This document shows, one piece after another, positions 45,000 to 62,789 of a DNA stretch of 64,000 nt. This stretch comes from the human T2T-CHM13v2.0 reference genome, Homo sapiens. Location: the NCBI RefSeq assembly GCF_009914755.1, contig NC_060925.1, one strand, 5' to 3'. Below the pieces are notes generated by a model that saw only the letters and a list, made by a program, of their open reading frames with translations, was not told the DNA's origin and did no database searches. The position numbers and the translations under genes are program-made. Positions within the stretch are counted from its first letter, which is position 1, and each line of letters begins with the position of its first letter.

Positions 45000-46330
45000 G
45001 ATGGATTAGAGACTGGGAAAATTGGAGAAATGTTTAGGGCTACTAAATAGAAACAAAGACTGTGGGAATTCTTACTAAATTGGGGGAGTTACCAAAGCCC
45101 TAGGTTATCTCCTCACCATATGAATAGGATATATTTGTGATAAGGTAAAGTGAATTTTGATACAGTATATTTTACAAAATCTCAGGAGAGCAAAACTTCA
45201 TACAACATTGGCTGAACTCTAATCAATTCCAGAAATCTTCCGATGCACTCTAACCACAGAAAAGTGGATGGAATACAAACTACCCAGCTCAAAAATTGAG
45301 CTCAGAGGGGAAAATGAACTAAAATCAAGAAAAATTCATTAATAGCATATAAAAGCAAATAGAATGTCTAGAAAAAATGATAGCTTTGTTCAGCATAAGC
45401 AATATTTTATGCAGGTAAATGATATAACAATTATAGTTACCATACTATAGAAGTAAAACAGTAAAAACAATAAGGGTAAAGAAGTAATAATAACAAAATG
45501 GAGGTCAATAGCCTTTTCAGGAACAAATGTAACTCAGAGGGTAGGAAAAAATTCATTGAGTGCTATAGAAGAACATAATAAAATAAGAATAAAATAAGTT
45601 CTTCATCAACTTAAAAGATGAGATAAAATGGGAGATTGCAGAATAAGAAAAAAACAGCTTTTTTAGAGAACTATGAAATAAATTGGAGACTGCAAGAAAA
45701 AATAGAATTACTAAAATAGAGGGAAAGCTTGAGGTAATCAAGCAAATACAAAGGACAAAGCCAAAACATTAAAACAATTAAAGAAAATATTATAGATATG
45801 AAGGACAGGTGAAGACAACAATGAAGATATAATAAATCATTCTGAACTATATAATCTCCAAAATAAAAACCAAAATATATCCAAAGATATAATACAAGAC
45901 AACGTATCAGAAATAAAGGAAAACTTAAATCTGTGTATCTAAAAGACAATATTTCAGGTGAAAATACAATGATCAACAAAAAATATACTTTAGTTGTTAT
46001 TGAATTTCAAAAATAAGAAAAACTCTTCAGGAATTCCCTGCAGGAAAAAAAAAAGTCACATTAGCTTCAGACATCTCCATAGCATTGGTTGCCAAAAAAT
46101 TTTTGAGCAATATCTACAAAGTTTTGAGAGACAGAAGGTATTACCTAAGAATACGATATCCAGGTAAGATATCTTTCAAGAATTAAAATAGATGCATATT
46201 TTTAAAAATAAAAAACAGAGGGAATGTAGCAGCTATAAGCTACTGTAAAAGACCCAGTCACTATCTAAATTATTAGTAGGCAAGTCAATCAAGAATTCAG
46301 GAATGAAGGAGCCATGGTAAAAGACAGAAG
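45000..46330 (+). mobile_element. Ancient L1M 5'/ORF1 relic
   Basis: A-rich; TTAGCTTCAGACATCTCC...GAGCAATATCTACAAAGTTTTGAGAG...CCTAAGAATACGATATCCAG resembles the ORF1 C-terminal region. Confidence 0.55.
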
Positions 46331-47363
46331 GCTAATTTAATGGCTATTAAACTTGGCAATGAACAAACAGTAATATATCATGCAAAAACTGAGAGAGAAA
46401 GTGTGAGCAGCATAATACAGAATATGAAAACATTTCATTTAAAACTTTTTCCATAATCTTTATTTGTAATGTTGGAGGAATTTTTTGTGAAATAATGCTG
46501 CTTATCAAGCAGAAATATGTATTTGAAGTTGAAGGGACTGCAACACATGGTTGAAATTTGAAATATGCAGCTTTTTCATGGCCCAACTCCAGGATCACCA
46601 TGCATATTATAATCTCAACAACTAAATGTGGTGGCCCTGTAGTTTCACTTCAGTTTTTCTTGTATTAAATTCAAATAAGACCATACTGAATGATTTATTT
46701 ATACAAGCATGACATTTACTATCAATATATTTATCAAAGTATTTCTATATGCATATAATATCCCCTTATCAATAAATGTGCAAAGAAGATATCTTAATGT
46801 TTTCCTCCTCTTAAATATTATTTAATTATGTTTGGATTTAACTGTTTAATAACTAATTATATGGAGATACGTAGCAATTTATAAGTGATATTGAGTAGTC
46901 AGGAGAAACTATGGTACTGTCCTTGTCCTTTACTTTGGTGAATCTGGTTGTTTATCTGTCATTCATTTTATCCTTTTTAACATTCCACTCTGTCCATATG
47001 TGTCTGAATCCTAAAAAAAGTTCAGCCTAGATGTACTGAACATAATTTGTCCCACACACCTAATTCCTTTTCCTGGATTTAATTTCTCTCTCAGAGAGCC
47101 TGAAGAAAGCATTCCTATGTGCCATATGACCCACATCATGGCCACAGCTTATTAAACAAGGATGAACACCAGGTCCAAGACCAATTCTTTGGTTAGCCAT
47201 GAATGAATGAATAATTTGAATCAAAAAGAAATAGAGAATGTAGTAATTGGTGATAGCAGTTGAATTAGATCAGAGTGAGGACAGCCATGTTGCGCCATGT
47301 GAAAGATGAGTAAGAGAAAAACCTAGTTGCTAAAGAAAGGAAAGAATTAGGCACTGTTAGAGA

Positions 47364-47520
47364 AGAAAAAAAAATTGGCCAGGCATGGTGGCACTTGCCT
47401 GTAGTCCCAATTACCCTGGAGGCTGAAGTGGGAGGATTGCCTCAGGAAGTCAAGGCTGCAGTAAGCCATGATGGCGCCACTGTTTTCCAGCCTGGGTGAC
47501 AGAGCAAGACCCTGACTTAT
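47364..47520 (+). mobile_element. 5'-truncated AluJ (right arm only), its tail interrupted by AluY
   Basis: Linker plus J-type right monomer; degenerate TSD GAATTAGGCACTGTTAGAGA / GAATTAGACAGTATTAGAGA around the whole cluster. Confidence 0.8.
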
Positions 47521-47841
<321 letters not shown>

Positions 47842-47889
47842 TTACATAAATAAATAAATAAATATGAATTAGACAGTATTAGAGACCAA

Positions 47890-49315
47890 GGCAGTGAGAA
47901 TTTGTGAGGCCAAAATTAAGAGGGAGACGCCAAGAAAAAGGAGCCTAGAATTTGAAGCCACTTTTGCCTTGAGGTAAATACTAGTACCAAATGAGAATAC
48001 AGTATCTGAGAGCCTAAGAGTTTGAGAAGCTAATCAAAGCTTTCAACAATCATAATTCAGAGGCACAAAATGTAAGAGTTCAAGGAGTTCCAAGTAAGTG
48101 GGGCCATTAAAAACTTCTAGCATTTAATTAGGAATCTGAAGGGTTACTTGCTAAAGTAAAAGAAATAGAAGAACCCTCAAAAGAACTGAAGCCCAGCTTT
48201 GAATCATCTCAATCTTTACTGGAATAAGGTGATCTCCTAATTAGATTGCTTGCCAAAAGTAAAAGTAAATCCTCTCTGGAGGAAGAAAACATCATTTAAA
48301 CTTAGAGAACAAATGCTCAGCACTTAAATAAAAATAACCAAGCGTACAAAAAAAAAAAAAAAAAAACTAAAACAAACGAGATTTGACTACAAATGAGAAG
48401 AACGAATTAACAAAAAATAGAAACACACTTATAGGGTGTCTATATACTAGAGTTTTAGACACAAGTTGTAAATTGTTGATTAATACAGTCAAGCAATTCA
48501 CTAACCAGCATTATGTCTCTTCTAAGCATTACATAGTGCTGCGATTACAGGCATGAGCCACCTGGCCTGGGCAAGAAAAAATCTTAAAGGCAGACAGGAG
48601 AAAACTTCATTACTTTAAAACAAAGCAACAGTAAGTCACACGATGTAACTTTTGATAGAAATAATGGAAGCTAGAAGGGTATGGAATAATATCTTCAAAG
48701 TGTTGAGGGGGAAACACCACTTAAAAAAAAAAAAAGAAAGAAATGTGATAACATATTATATAACAAAAGTGGAAAGTGAAATAATAAAAATGAATCAATC
48801 CAATTAATCCAAAGAAGGCAAGAGAAGAGAGGAAAATGAACATAGGAGAGGTTAAATAAATAGAAAAACAATAAGATTATAGACACTTTTTAATCCAAAT
48901 ATATTATTAATTACATTAAATATAAATGAATACCCCAATCAGAAAAACAAAGATTATTGAACATGAAAAAAAATCTAACAACTATGTAATGCTTAAAAGA
49001 GACATAATGCTGCTTACAAGAAATACAATTTAAATATATGCATATGGAAAGATTGAAAGTAAAAACGGGAGAAATATACCATCAAACACTAATCAAAATA
49101 AAGCTGGTTTACCTATACTAAAACTAGAAAGATTAGATATGACAGCAAAACAAACTGAGAAAAAATGATATTTCACAATGATGAAAGGGTTAATCTACCC
49201 TTTAGAATGTTAAAATTCTAAATTTTTATGTACCCAATAACATAGCCTCAAAATATATACAGCAAAATGGACCAAAAAACTACACAGAAATAGAGAAATT
49301 CATACATGACAGAGA
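47890..49315 (+). mobile_element. Old L1M fragments (5'UTR/ORF1 and ORF2 endonuclease start)
   Basis: GGAAGCTAGAAGGGTATGGAATAATATCTTCAAAGTG (ORF1); AATTACATTAAATATAAATG...TATGTACCCAATAACATAGCCTCAAAATATAT (ORF2 endonuclease). Confidence 0.65.
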
Positions 49316-51514
49316 ACGTAGACCTGCACAGAAGGTTTTATGGGCCAGGCCTGGAAGTAGTGTACATTACTTCTACTCACATTCCATTAAGTTTAAGAGT
49401 TCTAAGCAGTAGTGGTTCTCATACCAAGTAGGTGATTAAGATTTAAATTTGGGGATTGAATAATTTAAAGAGAAATCAAACTCAGTTCTAGAGAAAGTGG
49501 CTAGCTGAGACCCAATGAAGAGATTAGGATCTCTAGCCTCCTGTCTAGGATTCAAGTTTAGACTTCATCTTCAGTAGAAGCAGCAAGGGGAAAGAGGACA
49601 GACTATCCCAGTACCAGAGCCATAACAAGGGTCAATTCAGCAAACTGGCCACATCTGGTGGAGGTTAAGTAGGGAACTGAAGCAAAAAGAGTTGTCCCTA
49701 ACACTGTAATCACTCTCCTGGCCTTTAGACAACTTTAGAAAGGCTGAAATAGTCTCTCTTCAGGTCTTACTCTTAAGGAAGGAGAGAGAGAGAGAGACTC
49801 TAAATAGTACAAGACTATGATGGACTGTGATGAGCCTGCAAATAATTATAGATCATGAATGCGAATAGGGAAGGCAGGTCCTGATAAAAGAAGCATTTCT
49901 TTTTAGCTAAGTTCAATGTGGAGGACTCTCTCCCACAACTCAAAATCATTTTCTTCTAAGGTGGCTTTATTTCCCTTATTTTCAAATAAGGAAAAAAATT
50001 TCAAAAGTTTTTTTAACCATATCATCCCCAACTTTTCCACTGGTAGCTGAAGTCTTTTCTCTTTCCACATTATTTAACCACATCATTCCCACTCCACATA
50101 GGTTACAGAATTTGTATTAAAGCTGAGAAAGGAAGAAAAAGTCCTGGCCAGATTCTAAGCAGAAGAATAGAGAGGCTAGAGTAAAACATAGGGATTAGCC
50201 ATCAGAATAGGATAGAAAGGGAAATAGCAAGTGGCCACAGGATGATTAGATCATGAAATCCTGTACTACAAAAAGGTGACAGACACCTGAGATATAAGCA
50301 CATGTCATAAGCTCTAAGAATTTAGCAACTGATGGTTTATTTTGGAAGAATTAGCAGGAAGAGAAAATAATGTAAATGTGGCTGGACTTATTCCAGTAAG
50401 CCTAAGAGTCAAGAACTTTCACATACTATTTAGAAATCCATGGTTATGTGGCCAGACAATCTCAAAATGCTACATGTCAGTCATGTGAAATCTTGGATAG
50501 ACTTTTATTGTGGGTAGGAAATTTAAATTCAAGCTGAACTTTCAAGAGAAAAATTTGGCTGGAATTCTTTACCCTGGAGCCAAGAAAGGAACTTCGGATT
50601 CACTAGTCACTGAGGTATTTGTCAAAAATATGAATCCATGGAATTTTAGCCCATTCTTCATATGCTAAAGGCATAGACAGAGCTTAGCTTAAGCAAAAAG
50701 GTAAGTTGAAGAGTTTGTACTTTATAGCCTACCAAATTTCCTTGTATATCTATATCCTGCTTCCCTTTCTTCTCTATCCTGGAGACACTCATGCTTCATT
50801 CCAAAGCTGAAAGCTGTAAAGGCCTGTATTTCTTCAGAGTGTCCTATATACTTAACTTCTTATCTCTGCTTTACAGGTGAAAAAGGATGCTCAAGGTGTT
50901 TAAGTTTGGATTAGCTCAACATAATACAGAGTAAAAGTGGTAGAGCTCATTTGATTTCTTTTCTTCCTTTAAACATCCACTAATTCATTTATTCATTTTC
51001 TTAACATGTATTTACAAAGAGCATGTTATGCATAAAACATCTAACTTTCGCATGGAACCTCATGACTTTTTCAATTAGGCTTTTCTTTTAATCCCCATAA
51101 TAACTCTCTAAGACAGATAGGTTTCTAACATCATTTCACAGATATAGTCTTTAAGTTTCAAAGAGGTTAAGTAATTAGTCTTAAGTCACTAGGTTTATTA
51201 ACTCTCAGGGCTAGGACTTGAATCTGGGTCCTCTCATGATAAATTTGGAAGAACTGCCCATTAAATAGTGCTAAAGGTGCAAAGAAGATAACATATTGTT
51301 CCCACCTTCAAAAATATCATCTAAAAACCAAAGACAGATTAAATATTAATAACTATCTAAAGCAATATAGATACTATTAAAACACAGTGCCAACTGGTAG
51401 ACAATAAGTGTCAAGGATTCAGAGAGGAAAAGGATCACTGGTAACTGAGGAATCATGGCAAGTTGCATGAAAGGATCAGGCATTGAGATGGTCATTAGAA
51501 ATTAAGAAGATTGT

Positions 51515-51802
51515 GGCTATGTGTAGTGGTTCACGCCTGTAATCCCAGCACTTTGGGAGGCTGAGGCGGGTGGATCACCTGAGGTCAGGAGTTCAAGACC
51601 AACATGGTGAAACACTGTCTCTTCTAAAAATACAAAAAAAAAAAAAAAAAAAGCCAGGCATGGTGGTGCATGCCTGTAATACCAGCTACTCAGGAGGCTG
51701 AGGCAGGAGAATCACTTGAAGCCAAGAGGTGGAGGTTTCAGTGAGCCAAGATTGCATCATTGCACTCCTCCAGTCTGGGTGACAGAGCAAGACTGTCTCA
51801 AA

Positions 51803-51838
<36 letters not shown>

Positions 51839-51850
51839 GAAAGAAAAGAA
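51515..51850 (+). mobile_element. AluSx-like with a 9-bp internal deletion and (GAAAA)n tail
   Basis: 16-bp TSD AGAAATTAAGAAGATT; AAGACC^AACATGG lacks AGCCTGGCC. Confidence 0.93.
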
Positions 51851-52019
51851 AGAAATTAAGAAGATTTAGGTAGAAAGGGAGGAAGGGGTCTTTAGTGCTT
51901 TAATGGCATAGTGGATGATATGAATAGTAACAGAGGTAGAAATAAACACACGTGACATGTTTAAGGGACAGTAAGTTGAGTAATAATAATAATAATAGTT
52001 GCTGTTTATTGAAAGGAAA

Positions 52020-52240
52020 CAGCTTAGTGATTAAAAGCATTGCCTCTGAAAACAGACTCCTTGGGTTTAAAACATGTTTCTGGCCCTTACTAGCTTTTAA
52101 GATAGTAAACTAATTAACTTTCCTATTTCTCAGTTTTCTCATCTGTAAAGTTGGGATAATATTACCTATTTCAGGGGGTTGTTATAAGGATTAAATGAGC
52201 TTACAAAATATGTAGAACAGTGTGCAAACACTATGTAAGT
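52020..52240 (+). mobile_element. MIR
   Basis: CTCAGTTTTCTCATCTGTAAAGTTGGGATAAT...GTTATAAGGATTAAATGAG core. Confidence 0.8.
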
Positions 52241-52247
52241 TGAGTTA

Positions 52248-52577
52248 TGATATCGTTTGGCTCTGTGTCCCCACCCAAATCTCATCTCAAGGGAGGAAAC
52301 TGGTGGGAGGTGATTGGATCATGGGGTCAGTTTCCCCTGCTGTTCTCATGATAGTGAGGGAGTTCTCACAAGGGCTGATGGTTTTAAAGTGTGGCATTTC
52401 CTCACTGTCTCTCTCCTGCAGCCATGTAAGACATGCCTTACTTCACCTTTTGCTATGATTGTAAGTTCCCTGAGGCCTCTCCAGCCATGCAGAACGGAGT
52501 GAATTAAATCTCCTTTCTTTATAACTTACCTGGTCTCAGGTAGCATCTTTATAGCAATGTGAAAATAAACTAATGCA
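52248..52577 (+). mobile_element. MSTA-like solo LTR
   Basis: TGATATCGTTTGGCTCTGTGTCCCCACCC...ACTAATGCA; perfect 5-bp TSD AGTTA. Confidence 0.9.
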
Positions 52578-53399
52578 AGTTAATTAAAAGTTCTGAAAAT
52601 ATTGTAAATATTCTCTACTCCAGGCATTGTACTAAGCACAATTTATTATTTCATTTAATCTTCATAATCCTATCAGGTATGTACTATTTTCCCTATGTTA
52701 CTAATAAGAAAATTAGAACTACGAGAGATAAATTCCTTAAGATCACACAGCTGGTAATCTGAAAAGCTGGGTTCAAATACAAATGCAGACTGTGCTTCTA
52801 ACCACTAACCTATACTTTCTGGATATAGGAAGCAGTGGGAAAACAATGAAAAGTAGGTTGAGGCCGAATTATGGAGAGCCTTGAAATCATCAGGCTAAGA
52901 CGTTTAGATCTTATACTACAGGCAATGGAAAGCCACTAAAGGTTTCTGGACAGTGATGTGTTTTAGAGAGATTTATCTAGTCACAGAATTCTGAATGAAT
53001 TAGAAAGTTCTGGGCCATAGGAATATCAGGGACACACAAGCATATCCAAAATCAGTTTGAAGAATGGAGAACTTCGTTGTTGTTGCTATTGTTGTTCTTT
53101 GAACTTACTCTTAAAGATTCATCCATCTCTGTGACCCCATTTAGTCCCTAAGCCATAATGTATAATAGCTTCAATACCAAATAACCATAATTAATAATAG
53201 CTTCAACACCAAATAACCAAAGGAGATGTTAAGACATCTATTGGCTGATTCCTAAACCCACCCAAACCAAACCATCGTGTACTCTTTAGCTGCATAAATA
53301 CAGGTGCAGAAATTTATGTATATCTTTATTTCCTTTGTGGTGTACAACTTAAAGGTATTTAGCAACCTGAACTAGAATATGAATCAATGCGTGTAATTT

Positions 53400-55040
53400 C
53401 TCTGCATTTAATAGCCCTACTCATCTACCAGATGTCATCCCCAACTGTAAAGCATTGCTGGAGAAAGCCATTCAACCAGAGTTGCTACTTCTACAAGCTT
53501 ATGATCTTCAGCCTCAGCTGGCATTCAAATGCTGCCAAGCAGTGTTTCTTGGCAGCTCTGATTAGATATCTCTCCTTCTCTTTCAGCAGCTATTTCAAAT
53601 TTTCACCACTCTTAAGCCTTCTATATCTCTTCCTCATCCCACCATCACTGATACCTCCTACTCCACACACACGTGCTCAACAGATGACCTTTTCTGTGTT
53701 TTACTAGGAAAATAAATTTAAATGCAATGAAGTAGGAATTTCTAAGCTCCTCACTTGCCACCATCATAAATTTATATGTAAACCCACTTATTTTTATGTC
53801 TTTTCCTCTTGGAGCAGTAAAAAGACGTCCTTCCCTATGTGCAAAGCTAATCTTTTCATCTATACTCTGGATTCCCTCCTAACTCTGTGATATCACTCAA
53901 CCAATTAATTTCTCTCAATTTAAAATTTTCCATCTTCCCTCTCTACTACCTCTTTCCTTTTAGCAAATTTTCTTAGAGTTCTACTAGTTAAAAGCCTCTT
54001 TTAATCCATCTCCCCTGACATTCTTCTCCATCTCCCTCGTTCTTTCCTTTCAAAGTCTAGTTGCTTGAAAGAAGATCCTTATATTCCTTGGGCTCCTTCA
54101 TCTCTTCATCTAGTCTTTTGATTTTTCTTGTTCACAGAATTGGATTGCTCATAACCCTTGGTTCATGGCACATTCATTGGTTCATCTATGGCCCACTTTT
54201 AAATATTTAGTTAGTTGATCAGAGACTGCCTGCTCTCTTCCCCCACTCTCTCCTGCCTTACACTTTCCCTTATATATTTTTCCCAAAGAACACTCTCTTA
54301 ATGAATTTCATAACCTAAATTCCTATCTTGTAGTCTGCTTCTAGAAAAACTAACCAAAGATACTAAAGCTGATAGAGCAGAAAGATTAAAAAAAGAGCCT
54401 GAAACACTGGTGAAATCTTGAAACCACCGCACTAATCCTGGACTGTCTAACTCTGGGCTTCTTGTTATGTAAGAAAAATACCTTCCTATTTGGTTAAGAA
54501 CCTGTAGCTGGGTTTCCTGGACTTACATGAGAGCATATCCCCAAAATCCCAAAGCTATCTTCTCAAGCCCAGATCATTCTTCTAAATTTTGGATACACAA
54601 GTCTAAGTACTTTAGTAATATCTCCATTTAGTACTTCAAACCCATCTTGCCCAAAACTGAACTTATTTTCTCTCTAAATACGCACTTTCTGTATCTCAAA
54701 CAACAGTGAATGCCACCCCTAACTGTTCAATTGTCCCAAACAAAATTCCAAATTACAAACAAAACCCTATATCCCTTCTTAGCAATTCCTTCCCCACCTC
54801 TCCATATCACATTCCTCTCTATCATTGCCCCAGGTGTATTTAGGCACTAGGTCCAGTCCCATGGATTCAATCTCATAAATATATACTTCAAATACATTCT
54901 TTCCTCACCATTCCTACTGCCACTGCCTCTGCCTTACTCCAAGCCCTCAGTATTTTGCTGTTTGATAACAACCTCCTACCTGGTCTGCTTGCCTGTTATC
55001 TTTATCTTCTCCAATTCATTCCTTACCCCACTTCCATCAG
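53400..55040 (+). mobile_element. L2 LINE fragments (with nested old LTR pieces near 54.1-54.5 kb)
   Basis: Pyrimidine-rich L2-like motifs (CATTGCTGGAGAAA, CCCAAAACTGAACTTATT, CCATTCCTACTGCCACTGCC). Confidence 0.5.
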
Positions 55041-55559
55041 ATGGATTTTAGCTTGGCAGGAGACAAAAAGTATTCTTTTCTCTTCCAACAAGTATTCTTC
55101 ATGGTAAAATAGGATAAATTCGAAGTGGTTATTTCCTGAAAGAGAAAGAAGAAAGAGAAAGAAGAGAACTAAATTCAACATCTTGTTTCACAGATATAGT
55201 TTAAGGATATGTACAAGAAAAGATGGGGTTCCATGAACTGCATTAGTACAGTAGAAGCAGAAACTTTGAGCCAGAAAGGCCTAGGAAATCCAACAACCCT
55301 TCTCTTCCCTACTTTTCCGCCAAATTCCCAGAGAGATAGGGAAGGACACAGGACTACAATTACTGTGTTTTGAAACTCAAGCAAATTTCATTCAAATTTC
55401 AGATGTCCTCCTACCTCTCTGATTGCTGAGCTACAACCCAAATCTGGTTTCATTTGTCTACATAAAATTTTTCAATGATTTTCCGTCACCATCAGGAAAG
55501 ATGTCTTAGATTAACCCTATGATTCAGCTGCAGCAAACCACCCTGCAAACCTAGACCAC

Positions 55560-55921
55560 TGCTATGATCTGAATATTTGTGTCCCCCCAGAATTTATATG
55601 TTGAAACTTAATCCCAATGTCATAGTATTTGGAGGTAGGATCTTTGGGAGGTGATTAGGTCATGAGGACAGAGCATTCATGAATGAGATTTGTGCCCTCA
55701 TAAAATAGATCCCAGAGAGCTAGTTGTCCCCTTCCACCATGAGAGGACACAATGAGAAGGCACCATTCTCTGCAGGAAGTGGGCCCTCACTAGACACCAA
55801 ATCTGCTGGTACTTTGGTCTTGAACTTCCTAGCCTCCAGAACTGTGAGAAATAAAGTTCCATTATTTATAAGCCACCCGGTCTATGACATTTTGTTATAG
55901 CAGCCAGAAAAGACTAAAACA
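55560..55921 (+). mobile_element. MLT1A-like solo LTR
   Basis: TGCTATGATCTGAATATTTGTGTCCCCCC...CAGAACTGTGAGAAATAAAG...GACTAAAACA; TSD ACCAC/ACTAC. Confidence 0.88.
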
Positions 55922-57475
55922 ACTACACTACTCCAGTCACACTACCTCATGCTTCCATGCCTTTTTATGTGCTGTTGCCCCTGGCTGGCATACCATTTTG
56001 TTCTACCTTTTCTTCCTTACTGATAAGTTCTATTTTTCCTAGAGATGAAGTTCAAAGCTTCTCTTGACCTATAAAGTCTAAATGCCCTTCAACTGGATTG
56101 CAATATTACTCTAGGTAAACTTCTATCAAAGCATTCCTAAAGCTATGTAATATTCCAATGGACTGGGCAGAGGGAAAAAAGCTATATAGTAATATCTGTG
56201 AAGCTGTGAACACCTTGGAGGAAGAAAGTACAATTCTGTTTTCCTCTGTGCCTCACATACAGTATGTATTCCTTCTCCAAAGCTTATTTAATGAATTTTT
56301 TTCACCATTTACTAAGGACTTACTATTATCCAGGTTCTGTACTAAGGGTTTTATATTTTTTTCAATACTCACAAAAACTCTATGAATTAGGTACTATTAT
56401 TAATCTCTATTTTATAAATGATGAAAGTGATTAGAGGGAGCCAAGATGACCGAATAGGAACAGCTCCGGTCTACAGCTCCCAGCATGAACAATGCAGAAG
56501 AAGGGGGATTTCTGCATTTCCATCTGAGGTACCGGGTTCATCTCACTAGGGAGTGCCAGACAGTGGGTGCAGGAGAGTGGGTGCAGCGCACCATGCATGA
56601 GCCAAAGCAGGGCGAGGCATTGCCTCACTCAGGAAGTGCAAGGGGTCAGGGAGTTCCCTTTCCTAGTCAAAGAATGGGGTGACAGACAGCACCTGGAAAA
56701 TCAGGTCACTCCCACCCTAATACTGAGCTTTTCCAATGGGCTTAAAAAATGGCACACCAGGATATTATAACGCGCACCTGGCTTGGAGGGTCCTACGCCC
56801 AGAGAGTCTCACTGATTGCTAGCACAGCAGTCTGAGATCAAACTGCAAGGCAGCAGCGAGACTGGGGGAGGGGCGCCTGCCATTGCCCAGGCTTGCTTAG
56901 GTAAACAAAGCAGCTGGGAAGCTGGAACTGGGTGGAGCCCACCACAGCTCAAGGAGGCCTGCCTTCCTCTGTAGGCTCCACCTCTGGGGGCAGGGCACAG
57001 ACAAACAAAAGACAGCAGTAACCTCTGCAGACTTAAATGTCCCTGTCTGATAGCTTTGAAGAGAGTAGTGGTTCTCCCAGCACACAGCTGGAGATCTGAG
57101 AACAGGCAGACTGCCTCCTCAAGTGGGTCCCTGACCCCTGAGCAGCCTAACTGGGAGGCAACCCCCAGTAGGGGCAGACTGACACCTCACACAGCTGGGT
57201 ACTCCTCTGAGACAAAACTTCCAGAGGACCAATCAGGCAGCAGCATTTGCAGTTCACGAAAATCTGCTGTTCTACAGCCACTGCTGTTCTGCAGCCACCG
57301 CTGCTGATACCCAGGCAAACAGGGTCTGGAGTGGACCTCTAGCAAACTCCAACAGACCTGCAGCTGAGGGTCCTGTCTATTAGAAGGAAAACTAACAAAC
57401 AGAAAGGACATCCACACCAAAAACCCATCTGTACATCACCATCATCAAAGACCAAAAGTAGATAAAATCACAAAG

Positions 57476-58491
57476 ATGGGGAAAAAACAGAGCAGAAAAA
57501 CTGGAAACTCTAAAAAGCAGAGCGCCTCTCCTCCTCCAAAGGAAAGCAGTTCCTCACCAGCAATGGAACAAAGCTGGACGGAGAATGACTTTGACGAGTT
57601 GAGAGAAGGCTTCAGACGATCAAACTACACCAAGCTACAGGAGGAAATTCAAACCAATGGCAGAGAAGTCAAAAACTTTGAAAAAAAAATTAGACAAATA
57701 TATAACTAGAATAAACAATGCAGAGAAGTGCTTAAAGGAGCTGATGGAGCTGAAAGCCAAGGCTCGAGAACTACATGAAGAATGCAGAAGCCTCAGGAGC
57801 TGATGCGATCAACTGGAAGAAAGGGTATCAGTGATGGAAGATGAAGTGAATGAAATGAAGCGAGAAGGGAAGTTTAGAGAAAAAAGAATAAAAAGAAACG
57901 AACAAAGTCTCCAAGAAATATGGGACTATGTGAAAAGACCAAATCTAGTTCTGATTGGTGTACCTGAAAGTGACAGGGAGAAAGGAATCAAGTTGGAAAA
58001 CACTCTGCAGGATATTATCCAGGACAACTTCACCAATCTAGCAAGGCAAGCCAACATTCAGATTCAGGAAATACAAAGAACGCCAGAAAGATACTCCTCG
58101 AGAAGAGCAACTCCAAGACACATAATTGTCAGATTCACCAAAGTTGAAATGAAGGAAAAAATGTTAAGGGCAGCCAGAGAGAAAAGGTTGGGTTGCCCAC
58201 AAAGGGAAGCCCATCAGACTAAGAGCGGATCTCTCGGCAGAAACTCTACAAGCCAGAAGAGAGTGGGGGCCAATATTCAACATTCTTAAAGACAAGAATT
58301 TTCAACCCAGAATTTCATATCCAGCCAAACTAAGCTTCATAAGTGAAGGAGAAATAAAATACTTTACAGACAAGCAAATGCTGAGAGATTTTGTCACCAC
58401 CAGGCCTGCCCTAAAAGAGCTCCTGAAGGAAGCGCTAAACATGTAAAGGAACAACCGGTACCAGCCGCTGCAAAATCATGCCAAATTGTAA
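57476..58491 (+). pseudogene. L1 ORF1p, disrupted
   Basis: MGKKQSRKTGNSKKQSASPPPK...EIWDYVKRPNL...RATPRHIIVRFTKVEMKEKMLRAAREK; frameshifts near 57690 and 58190 plus in-frame stops. Confidence 0.95.
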
Positions 58492-58554
58492 AGACCATCG
58501 AGGCTAGGAAGAAACTGCATCAACTAACAAGCAAAATAACCAGCTAACATAATA

Positions 58555-62369
<3,815 letters not shown>

Positions 62370-62583
62370 ACAACAAGAACACATTGACACAGGAAGGGGA
62401 ACAACACAGTTTGGGGACTGTTGTGGGGTGGGAGGAGGGGGAGGGATAGCATTAGGAGATATACCTAATGCTAAATGATGAGTTAATGGCTGCAGTACAC
62501 CAACATAGCACATGTATACATATGCAACAAACCTGCACATTATGCACATGTACCCTAAAACTTAAAGTATAATAATAATAAAA

Positions 62584-62614
<31 letters not shown>

Positions 62615-62789
62615 AAAATGATGAAAATAAGCCACATAGAGGTTTAGTGGTATATCCAAGTTCACACAGCTAGTAAGTGACTACGCATATGTCAATAATC
62701 AATATCAAGTTCAATAATAATAAACATTTATAAATGTTTTGAAGTAGAAATGGCCATATGAGAATATATACAAGTAAGCCAAAAACTAT

